Below the pieces are notes generated by a model. It was not told where the DNA came from. It saw only the letters and a list, made by a program, of their open reading frames with translations, and did no database searches. Below, in pieces: positions 1 through 12,464 of a stretch of 64,000 nucleotides of DNA; within the stretch, counting starts at the first letter, position 1, and every line of letters begins with the position of its first letter. The DNA comes from Octopus bimaculoides (Eukaryota): assembly GCF_001194135.2 (NCBI RefSeq), contig NC_068995.1, forward strand, positions 44,562,697-44,626,696, read 5' to 3'. The position numbers and the translations under genes are program-made.

Positions 1-439
1 AAAACCCAAGAGAGACTTTGCTGTTGATACTTCTTGTGTAGCATCAATTTCAGTGGGGAGGTGTTATATGGACTGTTAGATATGTAATTCGTCTGACGTT
101 CCGTGTGTCATGTGGTTCGTCTGAGTTCATTGTTTCATTGTTGTTGTCTTGTGGGACTGTCGTAGTAAAATGTCATTGATATATATATATGGCGGACATG
201 ACTTTTGTTTATTCATAACGAACATTGGGTGAGTGCGTTCTTTGTATGTAATTGAACAATAAATGTAATAATTAAATTGTATAACTCGTTATGTTATCTC
301 TGCGAGTCACCCGAGGGAAACATAACAAAACCTTTGTGCAGTTTTGGTTATTCTTTAGCTGTTCTACGATATGCTTGGTTATATGTGATATTATGCTAGC
401 ACATGCTCATTTAGTTGACAGCTATTTTATCTTGAGGTT

Positions 440-690
440 TGGTGACAAGTTTCCTCAAATTTCAATCTTCCTTAGGATTCTTGCAGAATATAAGATGGTA
501 CGTTTTTGCTCTTGGCACAACACCCAAAATGGCATTTTGGGTGTTGTGCCAAGAGCATCGATTACTACAGGAATAATTGTTGTCTTGGTCTTCCATGGTC
601 TCCTCAGCTCTCTGGCTTGGTCCTGATATTTCTTGATTTTTTTCAATTTCTTATGTATTGACTCTGCTATCATAGGAAATTGCAAAATTA
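440..690 (-). mobile_element. 3' fragment of an RLE-type non-LTR retrotransposon (R4/Dong-like)
   Basis: Minus ORF 455-685 reads KKYQDQARELRRPWKTKTTIIPVVIDALGTTPK, matching the KY.DL..E...W....P(V/I)V(I)GALG C-terminus of RLE endonuclease domains. Confidence 0.7.
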
Positions 691-774
691 TTGTTATTAT
701 TCAACTTACTCCCATCTCTAACTTGCTGGCCTTGTGCTAAAATTTGAAACCATTATTATTATTATTATTATTAT

Positions 775-2332
775 TCAGTAGTTTTATTTTTATTGTGTGT
801 GCTTTCACTGCATTGCCGTGCGCAGTTCTGTGTGCCTTGGGTATGTGCTGTGGTTTGTTTTGATGCTCTTATGGTTAAAATATTGAAAGTAGGATGTGTG
901 TGGTGCCTAGTAGTGTTATTTTCTGTATGTTATATATACTTGGTAGTTCTGGTGGGTTTGTTATGTATCTGTCTGAATATTTTTTTATCTTACCTAATGC
1001 GCCTATGATAGTAATTGTTTCTGTTTTTAGACTCCGCATTCGAGTTACCTCTATTTCCAGATCTTTGCATTTTGAAAGTTTCTCTATTTCTTTTAGAGAA
1101 ACGTTGTCATCTGTTGGAATTGATACATCGATTTGAAAGCATTTTTTGCTTGGTGATCCCTGACAACAATATCCAGCCTATTGGCTTTAATTTCTCTATC
1201 TGTGTGTATTGGCAAATCAGAGTATGGTTGTTTTCTCATTTTCTGTGACCTTTTCTGGCGTGTGTCTATACCATCTTTTTTTCTGTAATTATTCCATAGT
1301 GTTGGCATAGCTTCCAGTGTACATAGATCCCAACTCTGTCGTGTCTGTGAATATATTTCTTCTTTACCAGGACTCGGCAGCCTGAGACAATATGAATTAT
1401 TATTGTTTCTTCTCCATCTCCACATATTCTGCAGTTACTTGTATTTCTTTTCATTACATGTTTTTGGTAATTTCTGGTGGGGAAGGCTTTGGTCTTGTGC
1501 TGCAATTAAAAATCCTCAAAACCATTGTTGGAGTTTTGCTTTGTCTATTTCTTTTGCATTTGGTTTAACTCAGTATTTGCCATGAAGGGGCTTTTCTTAT
1601 CATCATTTTATCATGAGCTGTTGCTGTTCCAGTTTTAGTTTGGATTTCAGTTGTTTTACAGCTTTTGTTGTATTTTTTTTGTTTGTTTTTTTTTTCTTTT
1701 CTTCATAGTTGTTAGGTACTATGACTTCATTTTAGAAAAATGTGCCAAAGCAACCTTGAAAAGAAGAAAACTAGTTAAGAGTAGCAACATCACACTAGAT
1801 TAAGCAAATGAAATAAGAGAATTAGACCAAACCCAGACATACAAATACTTAGGAATCAATGAACTAGATATGATACAACACACACCAAATGAAAGAGAAG
1901 ATGAGAAAAAAGAAGACTATAGACAAGTTAGATTAATACTGAAAATGGAGCTCAATGCAGAAAACAAGTTAATAGGTATCAATATCAACACTTTAGCCAT
2001 CCCAGTTATGTTACAGCTACAATGTTCTTACTTGGACTCTAAATGAACTAATTAAAATAGAGAAAAACAAGAAAAATAATGACAGGATTTAGGATGCACC
2101 ACTCAAAATCTGATATAGAAAGGCTAAATATACAACAGATCGAAGGTGGTAGAGGCCTTATAGAGTTAGAAAGCTATTACAAAATAACCTCCATAGGACT
2201 ACAGAAATACCTACTTCGGAAGCAAGGTAAACTAATACAAATAAACACAAACAAAACAAAGAAAAAAACTCTTTTCAGTCTTTAAAGAAGCTGACAAATA
2301 CAAAAAAAAAGTCATAGTACCCAACAAAGATG
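775..2332 (-). mobile_element. R4/Dong-like RLE LINE, 5'-truncated, with inverted 5' segment
   Basis: Minus part (775-1728) encodes LHGKY, CRICG...HIVSGC, RHDRV, NRLDIVV remnants and the 3' end abutting (TAA)n. Plus part (1730-2332) encodes RT/thumb remnants (EKCAK, YKYLGI, MHHSKSDIERL, GGRGL). The copy is decayed by frameshifts. Confidence 0.8.
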
Positions 2333-2371
<39 letters not shown>

Positions 2372-2374
<3 letters not shown>

Positions 2375-2790
2375 TAGTTTTATTTTTATAACGTGCTTTC
2401 TCTTCACTACCGAGCGCAGCTCTGTGCGCCTTGGGTATGTGCTGTGGTTTGCTGTGATGCTCTTATGGTCACTGTATTGAAAGTGTTTTGCGTAGGATGT
2501 GTGCAGTGCCCAGTAGTGCAATTTTCTGTATGTTATATATATTTGTAAGTCCTGGTGTTTTTGTTATGTATTTGTCTGAATATTTTTTTCTTATACCTAA
2601 GGCACCTACTATGATAGGAATTGTTTCTGTTTTTAGATTCCACATTCGAGTTACCTCTATTTCCAGGTCTTTGTATTTTGAAAGTTTTTTTCCATTTCTT
2701 TTAGGGAATCGTTGTCATCTGCTGGTATTGATACATTAATTAGAAAGCATTTTTTTTCTTCATGATCTTTGACAACTATATCTGGTCTAT
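2372..2790 (-). mobile_element. Second R4/Dong-like 3' fragment between (TAA)n tracts
   Basis: Paralogous to 775-1170 (same TTCAGTAGTTTTATTTT end; NRPDIVVKD...INVSIPADDN..KE.EK). Flanked by (ATT)n at 2333-2371 and about 2791-2809. Confidence 0.8.
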
Positions 2791-2828
2791 TTATTATTAT
2801 TATTATTATATGTATCTCTTCTGCACAG

Positions 2829-2927
2829 GTGACCTCTGCTGTGTCAGACGGATTAAAGATTGCTATCAACAAATATGACAATGTCAGTAGTATTGATCAT
2901 GATCAGATTGACTATGTACAGCGAGAG
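2829..2927 (+). CDS. Tetraspanin (TSPAN3-like), internal exon, start of the large extracellular loop; earlier exons lie outside the window
   Basis: cag|GTG...GAG|gtaag, 99 nt, phase 0/0: VTSAVSDGLKIAINKYDNVSSIDHDQIDYVQRE. Confidence 0.88.
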
Positions 2928-3126
2928 GTAAGTAAAGTCTGCATTATTAGAAAAAGTCTTCATAAAGTTTCCCTTGAAATATGAAATGCCTGTGTGTTCA
3001 TCTAAATTACCATTATTACACACTGATTTATTCCAAATAGTGTTCTCACCCACTTTGGCTGGCCTTTGTGCCCTCTGGCCTTCAGAACAGGGATTATGAA
3101 TATTAAGTGATTAGAATTGTAGTTTA

Positions 3127-3357
3127 GGCGAGCTGGCAGAAACGTTAGCACGCCGGGCAAAATGCTTAGCGGTATTTCGTCTGCCGTTGCGTTCTGAGTT
3201 CAAATTCCGCTGAGGTCGACTTTGCCTTTCATCCTTTCGGGGTCGATAAATTAAGTACCAGATACGCACTGGGGTCGATGTAATCGACTTAATCCCTTTG
3301 TCTGTCCTTGTTCGTCCCCTCTATGTTTAGCCCCTTGTGGGCAATAAAGAAATAAGA
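3127..3357 (+). mobile_element. tRNA-derived SINE family B, near full length
   Basis: GGCGAGCTGGCAGAA head, GAGTTCAAATTCC B-box, GACTTTGCCTTTCATCCTTTCGGGGTCGATAAA core. Other copies lie at about 6068-6305(-), 16490-16670(-), 42723-42940(-), 45271-45378(+) and 63198-63340(+). Confidence 0.85.
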
Positions 3358-4315
3358 AGAGTAGTTTAGCTGGTGAGTGTAAGTTCAATTCCTAGGTCAG
3401 TGAAATTATATATACTCTGGTTCGAACATAAACTAACATCATAATAAGTTGAATAATAATTAAGAGAATCTCATTGGTTTGGACAATGGAATTAGAACAA
3501 TCTACCCAACGTAGATTTAATAAAGGTTTTGGTTCCAATTGTGAGAATATTACTAAAATGTGACAAGCACTTGAAGACCAGAGAATACAATAATAAAAAT
3601 GTGACTATAACAGAAAACGAATAAAGAATTTATCTTCATTTAGCAAATTGGTTCAATGCCAGCCTATTTATTGAGAACAATAGTTCATAGCCCATAACTG
3701 GTACCGCTATTCATTGCTATAACCAGATGGTGCTATTAAGTTAGAAAAGAGTGAGGGGTGGAATTAAGCAGCAGAAGACGGTGGGGAGGGAGTAACAGAC
3801 TGTACACCCCAGACCAAATGGCGTGTAGACTGAGAAAATTGTGTGCTTTGCCCAAAGGCACATAATAGCTGTAGTGGTAGTGGTGTTATTAGTATTTAAA
3901 TTTGTTCAGTGTTGTCCCAGTATAACTTCATAACCATTGTAACTGTTAATTTTAATAATTTGTATGAAGACATATTTGACAACCTCTTATCTATCCAGAA
4001 GAAAGATTTTCAAGGTGACATCAACATTATTATCTCTTCTTTAACACTTCCGTGCCTAAACTGGCCATATCTGGCCCAAATATTCTTCCTGTTTTATGAC
4101 ATGACCTCTCATACCTACTCAACGTTTGTCATTCTAAACATAGTCACAAAATCTGAAAGCTACAAGATAATACATGAGTAATTCAAAACAATGTGAATAA
4201 ATTAACATTACATTTGACAGAGTAATCTGAAAGCTGAAGAGTTAATAAATATTCATTTTCTGTTGTATGACATAAAGTCTAATTATCTGTTAATCTCTCT
4301 CTCTTACCATTTCAG

Positions 4316-4474
4316 TTGGAATGCTGTGGTGTAAAGAACGCCACAGATTGGCGTAACACAAAATGGTACAAGACCTACCACGCAGTGCCAGAAAGTTGTT
4401 GTATGCCTCAAACTATGCACAATGTTACCTGTGATACAAAACTTGATCATCATTCTACAGGAATCTATCACCAG
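4316..4474 (+). CDS. Tetraspanin exon with CCG and PxSCC motifs
   Basis: ttcag|TTG...CAG|gtattt, 159 nt: LECCGVKNATDW...VPESCC...CDTK...IYHQ. Confidence 0.93.
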
Positions 4475-5063
4475 GTATTTTTTAAAATATTTTTCTATTT
4501 CAATCCCTCTTAAGTGTAGCATGTGCAAGTATCATCTGTAGCTCTGGGCCAACCAAAGCCTTGCAAGCAGGCTTGATAGAATAGAAACTGAAAAGATCAG
4601 TGTATGTTCATACAAATGTATGTATGTGTATGTGTCTTTACATTGTGCTCAGTTGAATGAAAGTTACAGTTTATGTGCAGTGATATTGTTGTGAGTTCTA
4701 TCAACTGATTATCTGTTTGTCTTATGCTTTCAAAACTGGAGGGAGAAAAATTCCTTGACTTGAAAAATAGTGAGAGGAATGGTATCTGTCTGTAAGGTGA
4801 TGCCTCAGTAACACAATCATGTATCCCGTTCTAGGACAGAATGATATAAAAACAAACAATAAATGGGAATATGTTTAAAACCTGGGGTACACATAGTTTA
4901 CGACTAGTTACACCATATTCCTGCATGTCTTGGTATCTAAAAGAGTTAATCTATGCTGTATTGGAAAAGTGAATGTCAAAAATGATGATATATATATTAG
5001 TGTTTGCTGTTACCATAACATCCCTTCCCCAATTGAAGTGCTGTCCATCCTTTTTCATTACAG

Positions 5064-5147
5064 GGCTGTTACGAACGTTTGAAGCTGAAATTTCTTGACA
5101 ATTTGACTTACATAACCTCAGCAGGGATCACATTTGCTCTTCTTCAG
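5064..5147 (+). CDS. Tetraspanin exon (GC motif and start of TM4)
   Basis: cag|GGC...CAG|gtaaa, 84 nt: GCYERLKLKFLDNLTYITSAGITFALLQ. Confidence 0.92.
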
Positions 5148-5379
5148 GTAAATTCATTTCGTTTTAAAAACTCTGAAACTTGATTGAATGAAAGTTATTT
5201 CACCTAACCTTTAGGTGGGTTTTAATTTTGGAGGTGGAGGGGGTCAATAGGTCACACCCTTAGGTGTGTGTGTGTATGAGAGTGGTCAGGCTTTAGGTAT
5301 GTTTTGGTAGGGATTTCACTAGATGCAGACATTAGGTGTCAGTTGATAAGGAAAGAAATAGCACAAACTATAGAAATGT

Positions 5380-5645
5380 TCATCATCATCGTTTAACGTC
5401 CGCTTTCCATGCTAGCATGGGTTGGACGATTTAACTGAGGACTGGCGAACCAGATGACTACACCAGGCTCCAATCTGGCAGAGTTTCTACAGCTGGATGC
5501 CCTTCCTAACGCCAACCATTCTGAGAGTGTAGTGGGTGCATTTACGTGCCACCGGCACGAAGGCCAGTCAGGCGGTACTGGCAACGGCCATGCTCGAAAT
5601 GGTGTATTTTACGTGCCACCTGCACAGGAGCCAGTCCAGTGGCAC
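5380..5645 (-). mobile_element. Short interspersed repeat family C with (GAT)n tail
   Basis: CTGGATGCCCTTCCTAACGCCAACC core and a CATCATCATC tail. Copies lie at about 14290-14678, 16968-17180, 18680-19030, 19075-19365, 20930-21137, 26387-26550, 31885-32122 and 34460-34580. Confidence 0.82.
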
Positions 5646-6374
5646 AAAAAACAAAATTCTTTTTTAAGTATTCAATTAAACTATTTAGTCAGGTTATCTT
5701 AATGTTCTACTCTAAATATCCTGCCTTTTAACATAGAGAACACCATAGTGAAAGAACAGAGACTATACTATATTTATCTTGTGTATTATGCTGGCTTGTT
5801 TGTAGCGATAAATAAATATTAGTCATACCTGAATTTAGTACCTTGTAGCTGTGTGATAATGTTTATAGTAATATGGTGTTAATTTAAAATCTGTTTTTCA
5901 GTGTTTCACCCTATATTAGTTAAATGGTATTTCAAAAGACCATTTCAGTAATGAGCAAAAGATTCACCCACCATTACAGCCCTGGACTCACAGATTGCTG
6001 TGTTTTCTTGTTGCTAAGCATTTTCCCCAGTGTGCTAATGATTTTGCCAACTCATCTTAATATAGTCTATTAATATTGGTTTTAAATTTTGGCACAAGGC
6101 CAGCAATTTCAGGGGAGCAGTCTAGTCGATTTACATTGACCCTAGTGCTTGACTGGTACTTATTTTATCTAGTCTCTCATGATCCCTGAAAGGATGAAAG
6201 GCAAAGTTAGCCTCAACGGAATTTGCACTCAGCATAAAGACAGACAAAATGCTGCTAACCAATTTTTCTCACTGTAGCACTGATTCTACCAGCTTGCCAC
6301 CCTAAGATAATTATTAACATTTTTACAAGATTATTTTCTCTCTAAATTTTTTTTAAAATTTCTTTTTCTTCCAG

Positions 6375-6479
6375 ATAATTGGACTGATTGCAACGTGTAT
6401 TCTCTGCTGTCGAACCCGTGGAGTGATTGCTTACAAAAACCTCAACAGTAATGTTAGTGCTAATGGTCTGAGAGTCTAA
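6375..6479 (+). CDS. Tetraspanin last coding exon
   Basis: ccag|ATA...TAA: IIGLIATCILCCRTRGVIAYKNLNSNVSANGLRV*. Contains the end of TM4, juxtamembrane CC and a YxxL motif. Confidence 0.9.
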   Translation: MIGLIATCILCCRTRGVIAYKNLNSNVSANGLRV

Positions 6480-9032
6480 CACTTTAGTTATGTCGGCATT
6501 TTGCAATGGTTCACAAACTATAGCTTTTCCCCCTAAAACATCCACTGTCGAATATACTCAATCGAAACATTTCACACAATTTTATTTAATCAAACTTGCA
6601 TGCTAAGTTTTTGTTAGGTTTTTTTTCTTTTCTGTTTAAGATTTTTCTTTAATCAATTTTTATTTTAAAAAAAATTCCCCCCCCCCCTAGTTATTTGTTT
6701 GAAACTGAAAATTCCTATCAGACCTGTTGTCTCAATAAATATTGAGTCTTGATTGGTGTGGTGAAGGAGTTTGATTCTGTGGCTTGCATCATGTACCACC
6801 CCATAAACTATATTCTAAGAGATTAATTATAATTTTTCCAAACTTTCATTTTATTTTTGATAACTTATTTGGAATTGACCATTACTCTGTGTGTGTATGT
6901 GTGCGTGCATGAGACTCCTGTTTTCTCAGCTGACATACTTGTTTTGTTATGACTCTTTGACCATCAACACCAACATTCTGCTTTTAGCTATCAACAGCTG
7001 AATTTATGATACTCCCTCTTTTTTGACCAAGACTGATAAACTAAGTGGAGGGGGGGGAGTCACTATTTTATGGAAGGTTTAATATCACCAATAGTCAGTG
7101 TTATCAGGAAGTTGTAACTAATTTCACAAATTATTAATGACAAAAATTATTAAATATATTTTACCCCAATCTTTGAAAAAAATTTTTTAAAACACCAATT
7201 ATTTTGGGGCCAGCACTTGTTCATCTCTAAAATAAATTAATCTTCTGTCAGTTTTATGTTTCTCCCCCCCCCCTCATCAACTGTAGTTGCTTGTGACTTA
7301 AGTATCTGGACAGTAACATCTTTCATTTATTGTTGCTTCAAATATCTTTCACTAGTGTATATATACACTTACACATGTATATAATGACTATTGTGTGAAC
7401 CGATCCCTTTTGTTACAAAATATTCCTTTTACAAACAACTAATAGATTCTTTTTGTCTCACTATTTCACATTAAAAAAAAGAAAAGAAAAGATGCTTTAC
7501 ACTCCAATTGAAAGTTATTTTGAATATTAATTTTCAATATGTAATATTATATTTTATAATCTACATAATCTTGATGCTGAAAATTATTTTGTTATCAACT
7601 GTATTTATTCGAAATGGCTCCTGTCCCTTATTTAACAACACCTAGGCAACAGCCAAGTACCAAGGTAGTTAATGGATACTTAAATGTCAAACTCCTAAAG
7701 TAAGACATATACAGGGTGAGCTCATACAATTACTAAAATAGTTGTATGCTAGTTTATTTATCTCAAGCATTAGCTAAACTTCCAGACTCAAAGCTGTTCT
7801 TTGAGTTTAATCTCAATGTCTGGCTCTCTATGCTTAAGTTAGATATGGTAGTTAGAGCCATTAAAAGGATTCACCATTTCAACAGGGAAATTGAATTTGT
7901 TTTGGACTCGAAGCTAACATTTTGGTGATGGTGTGTACTGTTTTGTAATTTCTACAAAATTAATACTGGATATTGATCAGTACCTGTGAAATCCTTGTCA
8001 TTCCATCTTTTTAAACTAGAACACATTCATTAGTGATTTGTATTTAATCTATCATCTAACATTTAGTGAGACAAATATATTCAGTCAACTCTTTTCAAAA
8101 GACAATGAAATTCTGTTTTAAAAAGTAAAATAAACCTGTTTTATTCAAAATTTCTTGACTAATTTATTTGATATTCCTGAGGAAATTACTCCCTTCTAGG
8201 TTGAAATTAACATTATATACTCCTTATAGATTTTGTTTAATTTTGTCTTCGGAAGTCAATCTCCAAAGAGATGTGCTAATGGGAAAAGAAGAAAATATAA
8301 TTTGTATAGTTGAAACAATTTCGCTTTATTCATTAGGAAAGGCTTGAAAACCACTACTTATCCTGTACAGCTCTGTACAAAGATGAAAGATAATGCAAAT
8401 CAAGGATCCGAGTTTCAATTCTGCTGGGCTCATTTTACTGAGTCCAGACAAGAAAAAGAAGATAGCAGTAATTATAGCATGTAGAATGTATGTATATACA
8501 AATGTAGAACAGAATTAGCTGAAATATTTTGTCAGAGTGAAACTTCTTTAAAGAAACATTGTGTAATGAAAACCAAGAGCTTGTTCAGAATGTTGTCAAT
8601 AATGAATTTATCAAAATAACATTGTCCATAATTAAATTGATGTTTGAAACATTTTGATGGAAAGTTTTTAATTTAGATCAGGGAATTTGTGCAATGGAAC
8701 CAGGAAATCAAATTTCAAGTAAGGTGGTATCAAAATGGTCAACAGATGTTTCTCGGAGACAAAATATCACAGCCACCATTGTTCTTTTCACACACACACA
8801 CACATTACAGATGTTATATATATGTCATTATTTTAATCTAATTACTTTTTATATTGATCTACCAATATATTGCGTGAACTAAATTGATGCCTCACAGGCT
8901 TCTAGGAGTGTGAAAATCAGATTTTAGAAATTGTCTTAACTTTAAAAGTTTTTTTTTTGTTTTTTTTTTATAATATAGCTCTTAAAGAGAACAGTAATTT
9001 TCATTCCATTTAATAAAATTTTAGGTAGTAAT

Positions 9033-9224
9033 TTTAACCCTTTAGCATTCAGATTATTCTATCAAATGTAATGCTTATTTATTCACATTATCTCGTAGAT
9101 TTCAGTGATGTTACTGCTTATGTTTAGAATGATAAATGTTGAGTAGGTGTGAGAGTTTGGATCTGCCCAGTTAGAACATAAAGCAGCTAGAATATGTGGG
9201 CTGGATTAAATGCTAAAGAGTTAA
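9033..9224. mobile_element. piggyBac-like MITE (TTAA|CCCTTT...)
   Basis: TTAACCCTTTAGCATT...AATGCTAAAGAGTTAA termini. Related copies at about 4040-4245, 12990-13170, 21995-22220 and 33130-33360. A second TTAA family lies at 11958-12197. Confidence 0.7.
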
Positions 9225-10185
9225 AAGTTTTTGTGTAATAAATTCTTATTTACAAACAAAATTTAGGTTAGTATTACAAGAGGGGAGCTTGGATGCACAG
9301 CAATTTTAAAAATTAATTTAAGATTTAGAAAATCTAGATTTGGGCATTTTAAAAAATAAAAAGTTATACAAGTGTCATTAACATTATGAATAATTATTAT
9401 ATACAAATATAATTTTAATAAAACAAAGGTAAGCAATAGTTTCTTCAAACTTTCCATGCAAAGTGCACCAATAATGTTTTATCTCTAAAGTACCACAAAG
9501 TAAATGAGGTTGAGAAATTTTTTTTTTAAATGGAATTTTGCAAAGGTATTTGTTTTGAGAAAGAATCAAGATAAGTTGCAGGGTTTTTACTGTTTAAATA
9601 ACATTGTGATTAAAATGAAGATATTAATAAGTCTTTGCTGAAAAAAGAGAGAGGTTAGAGCCAGGCATCAGTTGCAAACTAGTATGGCTTGGTTAAGCCG
9701 TTCCTGCTTTTTTTTGTAAGCATGAAGCAGTCGTTCTCTTGACTCTCCCACCCTGTGACCAAGCAGTACATTCAGGGTGTGGCAGTTGGAAGGGGAGAGA
9801 GGGAAAGAAAAAGAGCAGTGCTCAGCTGGTACTCCAAGCTGAGAACATGGGAGAAAAAAAAAAAGTGCCCTGCTCAAGCACACCACATGTAGCCTGGTCC
9901 AGAAATTGACACTAGGCCACATTACCTTTGTCAAGGAGGGGAGAAATAGAAGATACTGTTTGGAGGTGATGTGGGTAATATTCTAAGCAACACTTTGTGG
10001 CTCCAGAGGTTCTTTGGACAAAATTGTAGAAGAGTTCAAGAAAAACAGCTGTATAACATTGATGGAAGATAACAAAAAAAAAAAAACATGGGGTGGGGGG
10101 ATGTAATTAAACCAACATGGTAATGTATAGGCACTGAATTGAGTTGTAGTTAAAAAATGGCAGTGGGGGGGTTTGGGAGAGATCA

Positions 10186-10298
10186 TTAAAGTTCAGCTTT
10201 AGAATCAGTTTTAGAACTGGGCTCTGGAATCTTTTCATTCAGGTATTTAAATATTGAATGGAAACTTGACCAGGAAGTCATTTCGTGTTTTGTATGTC
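10186..10298 (-). CDS. FAM172A: FAM172A/ARB2A exon 11 of 11 (last)
   Basis: Acceptor ttcacag|, phase 1: (G)HTKHEMTSWSSFHSIFKYLNEKIPEPSSKTDSKAEL*. Resembles the vertebrate HELTSWKSFPSIFKF...EEL end. Confidence 0.9.
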
Positions 10299-11242
10299 CT
10301 GTGAAAGAAAGGAACAAAACATCTTTTAAAAAAAAGGATTTCTAACAACACACAAACTTTTAACAAGAAACAAGGTAATAAAGTAAGACATAACAAATTA
10401 TTGAATAAGACAGTCTGGCACTGATTGTAACCTAGCTCCCTACCCTTTTATATATATATATATAAAATATTCCACCTCTCCAGGTTTTGAAACTATATTC
10501 ATTGTTCGTAGTTGAAGCCATATTAGTTCAGAATAGCATTCTGTACATCTTACTTAATGTGGTTATACTGTAAGAAAACTGAAATACTTGTTTTGAGAAA
10601 GTATCTTGTATAGACATACAGCAGCAGACAAAAAGTGACCAGCAAGTATAGTGGGGTTGTTAAATCTAGATATTTCTCTCTCTCTCTCTTTCTTTGCACA
10701 TCATCAGTAACAAGAATCCATATTCAAAAGCATGCTTAGAGAAATTTTCCTTCTACTATTATAGAAAAAATAGTGGTTAACATATCACTTGTGTCACAAA
10801 AAGCTGTTGGACTGGTTGAAAACTCATTAGTGGCAGAAGTATTAATTCAAAATAGCATTGTTTCTTACTGCACATAGACATACTATATACTGCTTTTAGC
10901 ACAATATGTCTATATAAGATGTTTTCTCAAGATGAAAACTGCAGTGTTATCTGCAGCATATCTACATTAGGTAAGACATACAGGATGCTTTTCTGTACTA
11001 ATGTTACTACTGTTACTAATAACAAATTACAGTATAACCATGTTAAGTAAGCTATCATTTAACATCTATGTTCCATTCATGACTTCTATGGCTGGATGCC
11101 ATAAATTAGATCTTGATTCACCATCTGCTCATGGATACTAACAATGCCCTAGACATATTTTTAATCCTGACAAAGAATTCTTCAAAGTGTGTTTCAGTTG
11201 TCCAGAAGCAATGATAAGTGACTGTGATTGCTAGGTATGATT

Positions 11243-11617
11243 GCAGGAGTGGCTGTGTGGTAAGTAGCTTGCTTACCAACCATATGGTTCTGGATTCAAT
11301 CCCACTGCGTGGCACCTTAGGCAAGTGTCTTCTACTATAGTCTCGGGCCGACCAAAGCCTTGTGAGTGGATTTGGTAGACGGAAACTAAAAGAAGCCCGT
11401 CGTATATATATATATATTTGTGTGTCTGGGTTTGTCCCCCCACCATCACCTGACAACCGATGCTGGTGTGTTTACGTCCCCGTAACTTAGCGGTTCGGCA
11501 AAAGAGACCGATAGAATAAGTACTAGGCTTACAAAGAATAAGTCCTGGGGTCAATTTGCTCGACTAAAGGCGGTGCTCCAGCATGGCCACAGTCAAATGA
11601 CAAACAAGTAAAAGAGT
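11243..11617 (+). mobile_element. tRNA-derived SINE family A, full length
   Basis: GGAGTGGCTGTGTGGTAAG head, GGCACCTT(A/G)GGCAAGTG core, internal (TA/TG)n and an ...ACAAGTAAAAGAGT tail. Multiple copies in the window. Confidence 0.88.
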
Positions 11618-12379
11618 ATGTATGTTTGCATGATTTTTTGCCTCTATCTCTGTCCTGCAAGATGGTATTCTTTATGTTCAGTAACTCAGCAGTCTGACTA
11701 ACAGAAACCGATAAATATTAGACACCTAGGTACAGGGGTTGATACTGAATACACGTTTCCAAGGTGCTGCTCCAGCTTGGCCGCAGTCAAATGAGTGAAA
11801 CAAGGGAAAGAGTACACTATCCAATGTATCTGCCTTCTCTTAAAACAGTAGGATAAGATTTGAGATAGATCTGGCTACTATTTTTTTCCATATGCAGGCA
11901 ACCATACACACACACAAACTTCATCATTAGCTTGTCCTAATATAGTCTCTGCCTTAATTAACCCTTTTAATACCCTAACCCTATCTGAGATTGATCTTGG
12001 TTCTATTATATAAACTTTAATTTAAAAGTGATCTCAGTGAAAACCTTACATCAAAATTTTATGCTATGCTAATTTATGCTCCAAACACCAACTTAATAAT
12101 AATCAAGTTATTTTACTAAATCCTTCGTTATTTTCAAAATTAATTGCAACAAAGTCAGTGTATTTCAACAGAGATATTGGTAATGGAAGGATTAAGACAA
12201 TAGGACAGAATTTGAGGTAGATTTGACTGGCTGCTATTTCTTACATGCTCAAGCAACCACACATGCACACAGATTTCCTTCGACAAAATGCTTTATATAT
12301 GAAAATAGACATAGCAGTAACTTTATAGGCAGAGAGAAAGAGGTGGTATTATCTGAACAAACAGAAGTCAATATCTTAC

Positions 12380-12464
12380 CTGCTGATACTTTAGGGACTG
12401 TCCCATTGAAGGAGTTTACCACTGTATCAATAGGTTCTTTACTGGTGACCCAATTGCGACTTTT
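12380..12464 (-). CDS. FAM172A: FAM172A exon 10
   Basis: ttgtag|...|gtaag, 85 nt: KSRNWVTSKEPIDTVVNSFNGTVPKVSA(G). Confidence 0.9.
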
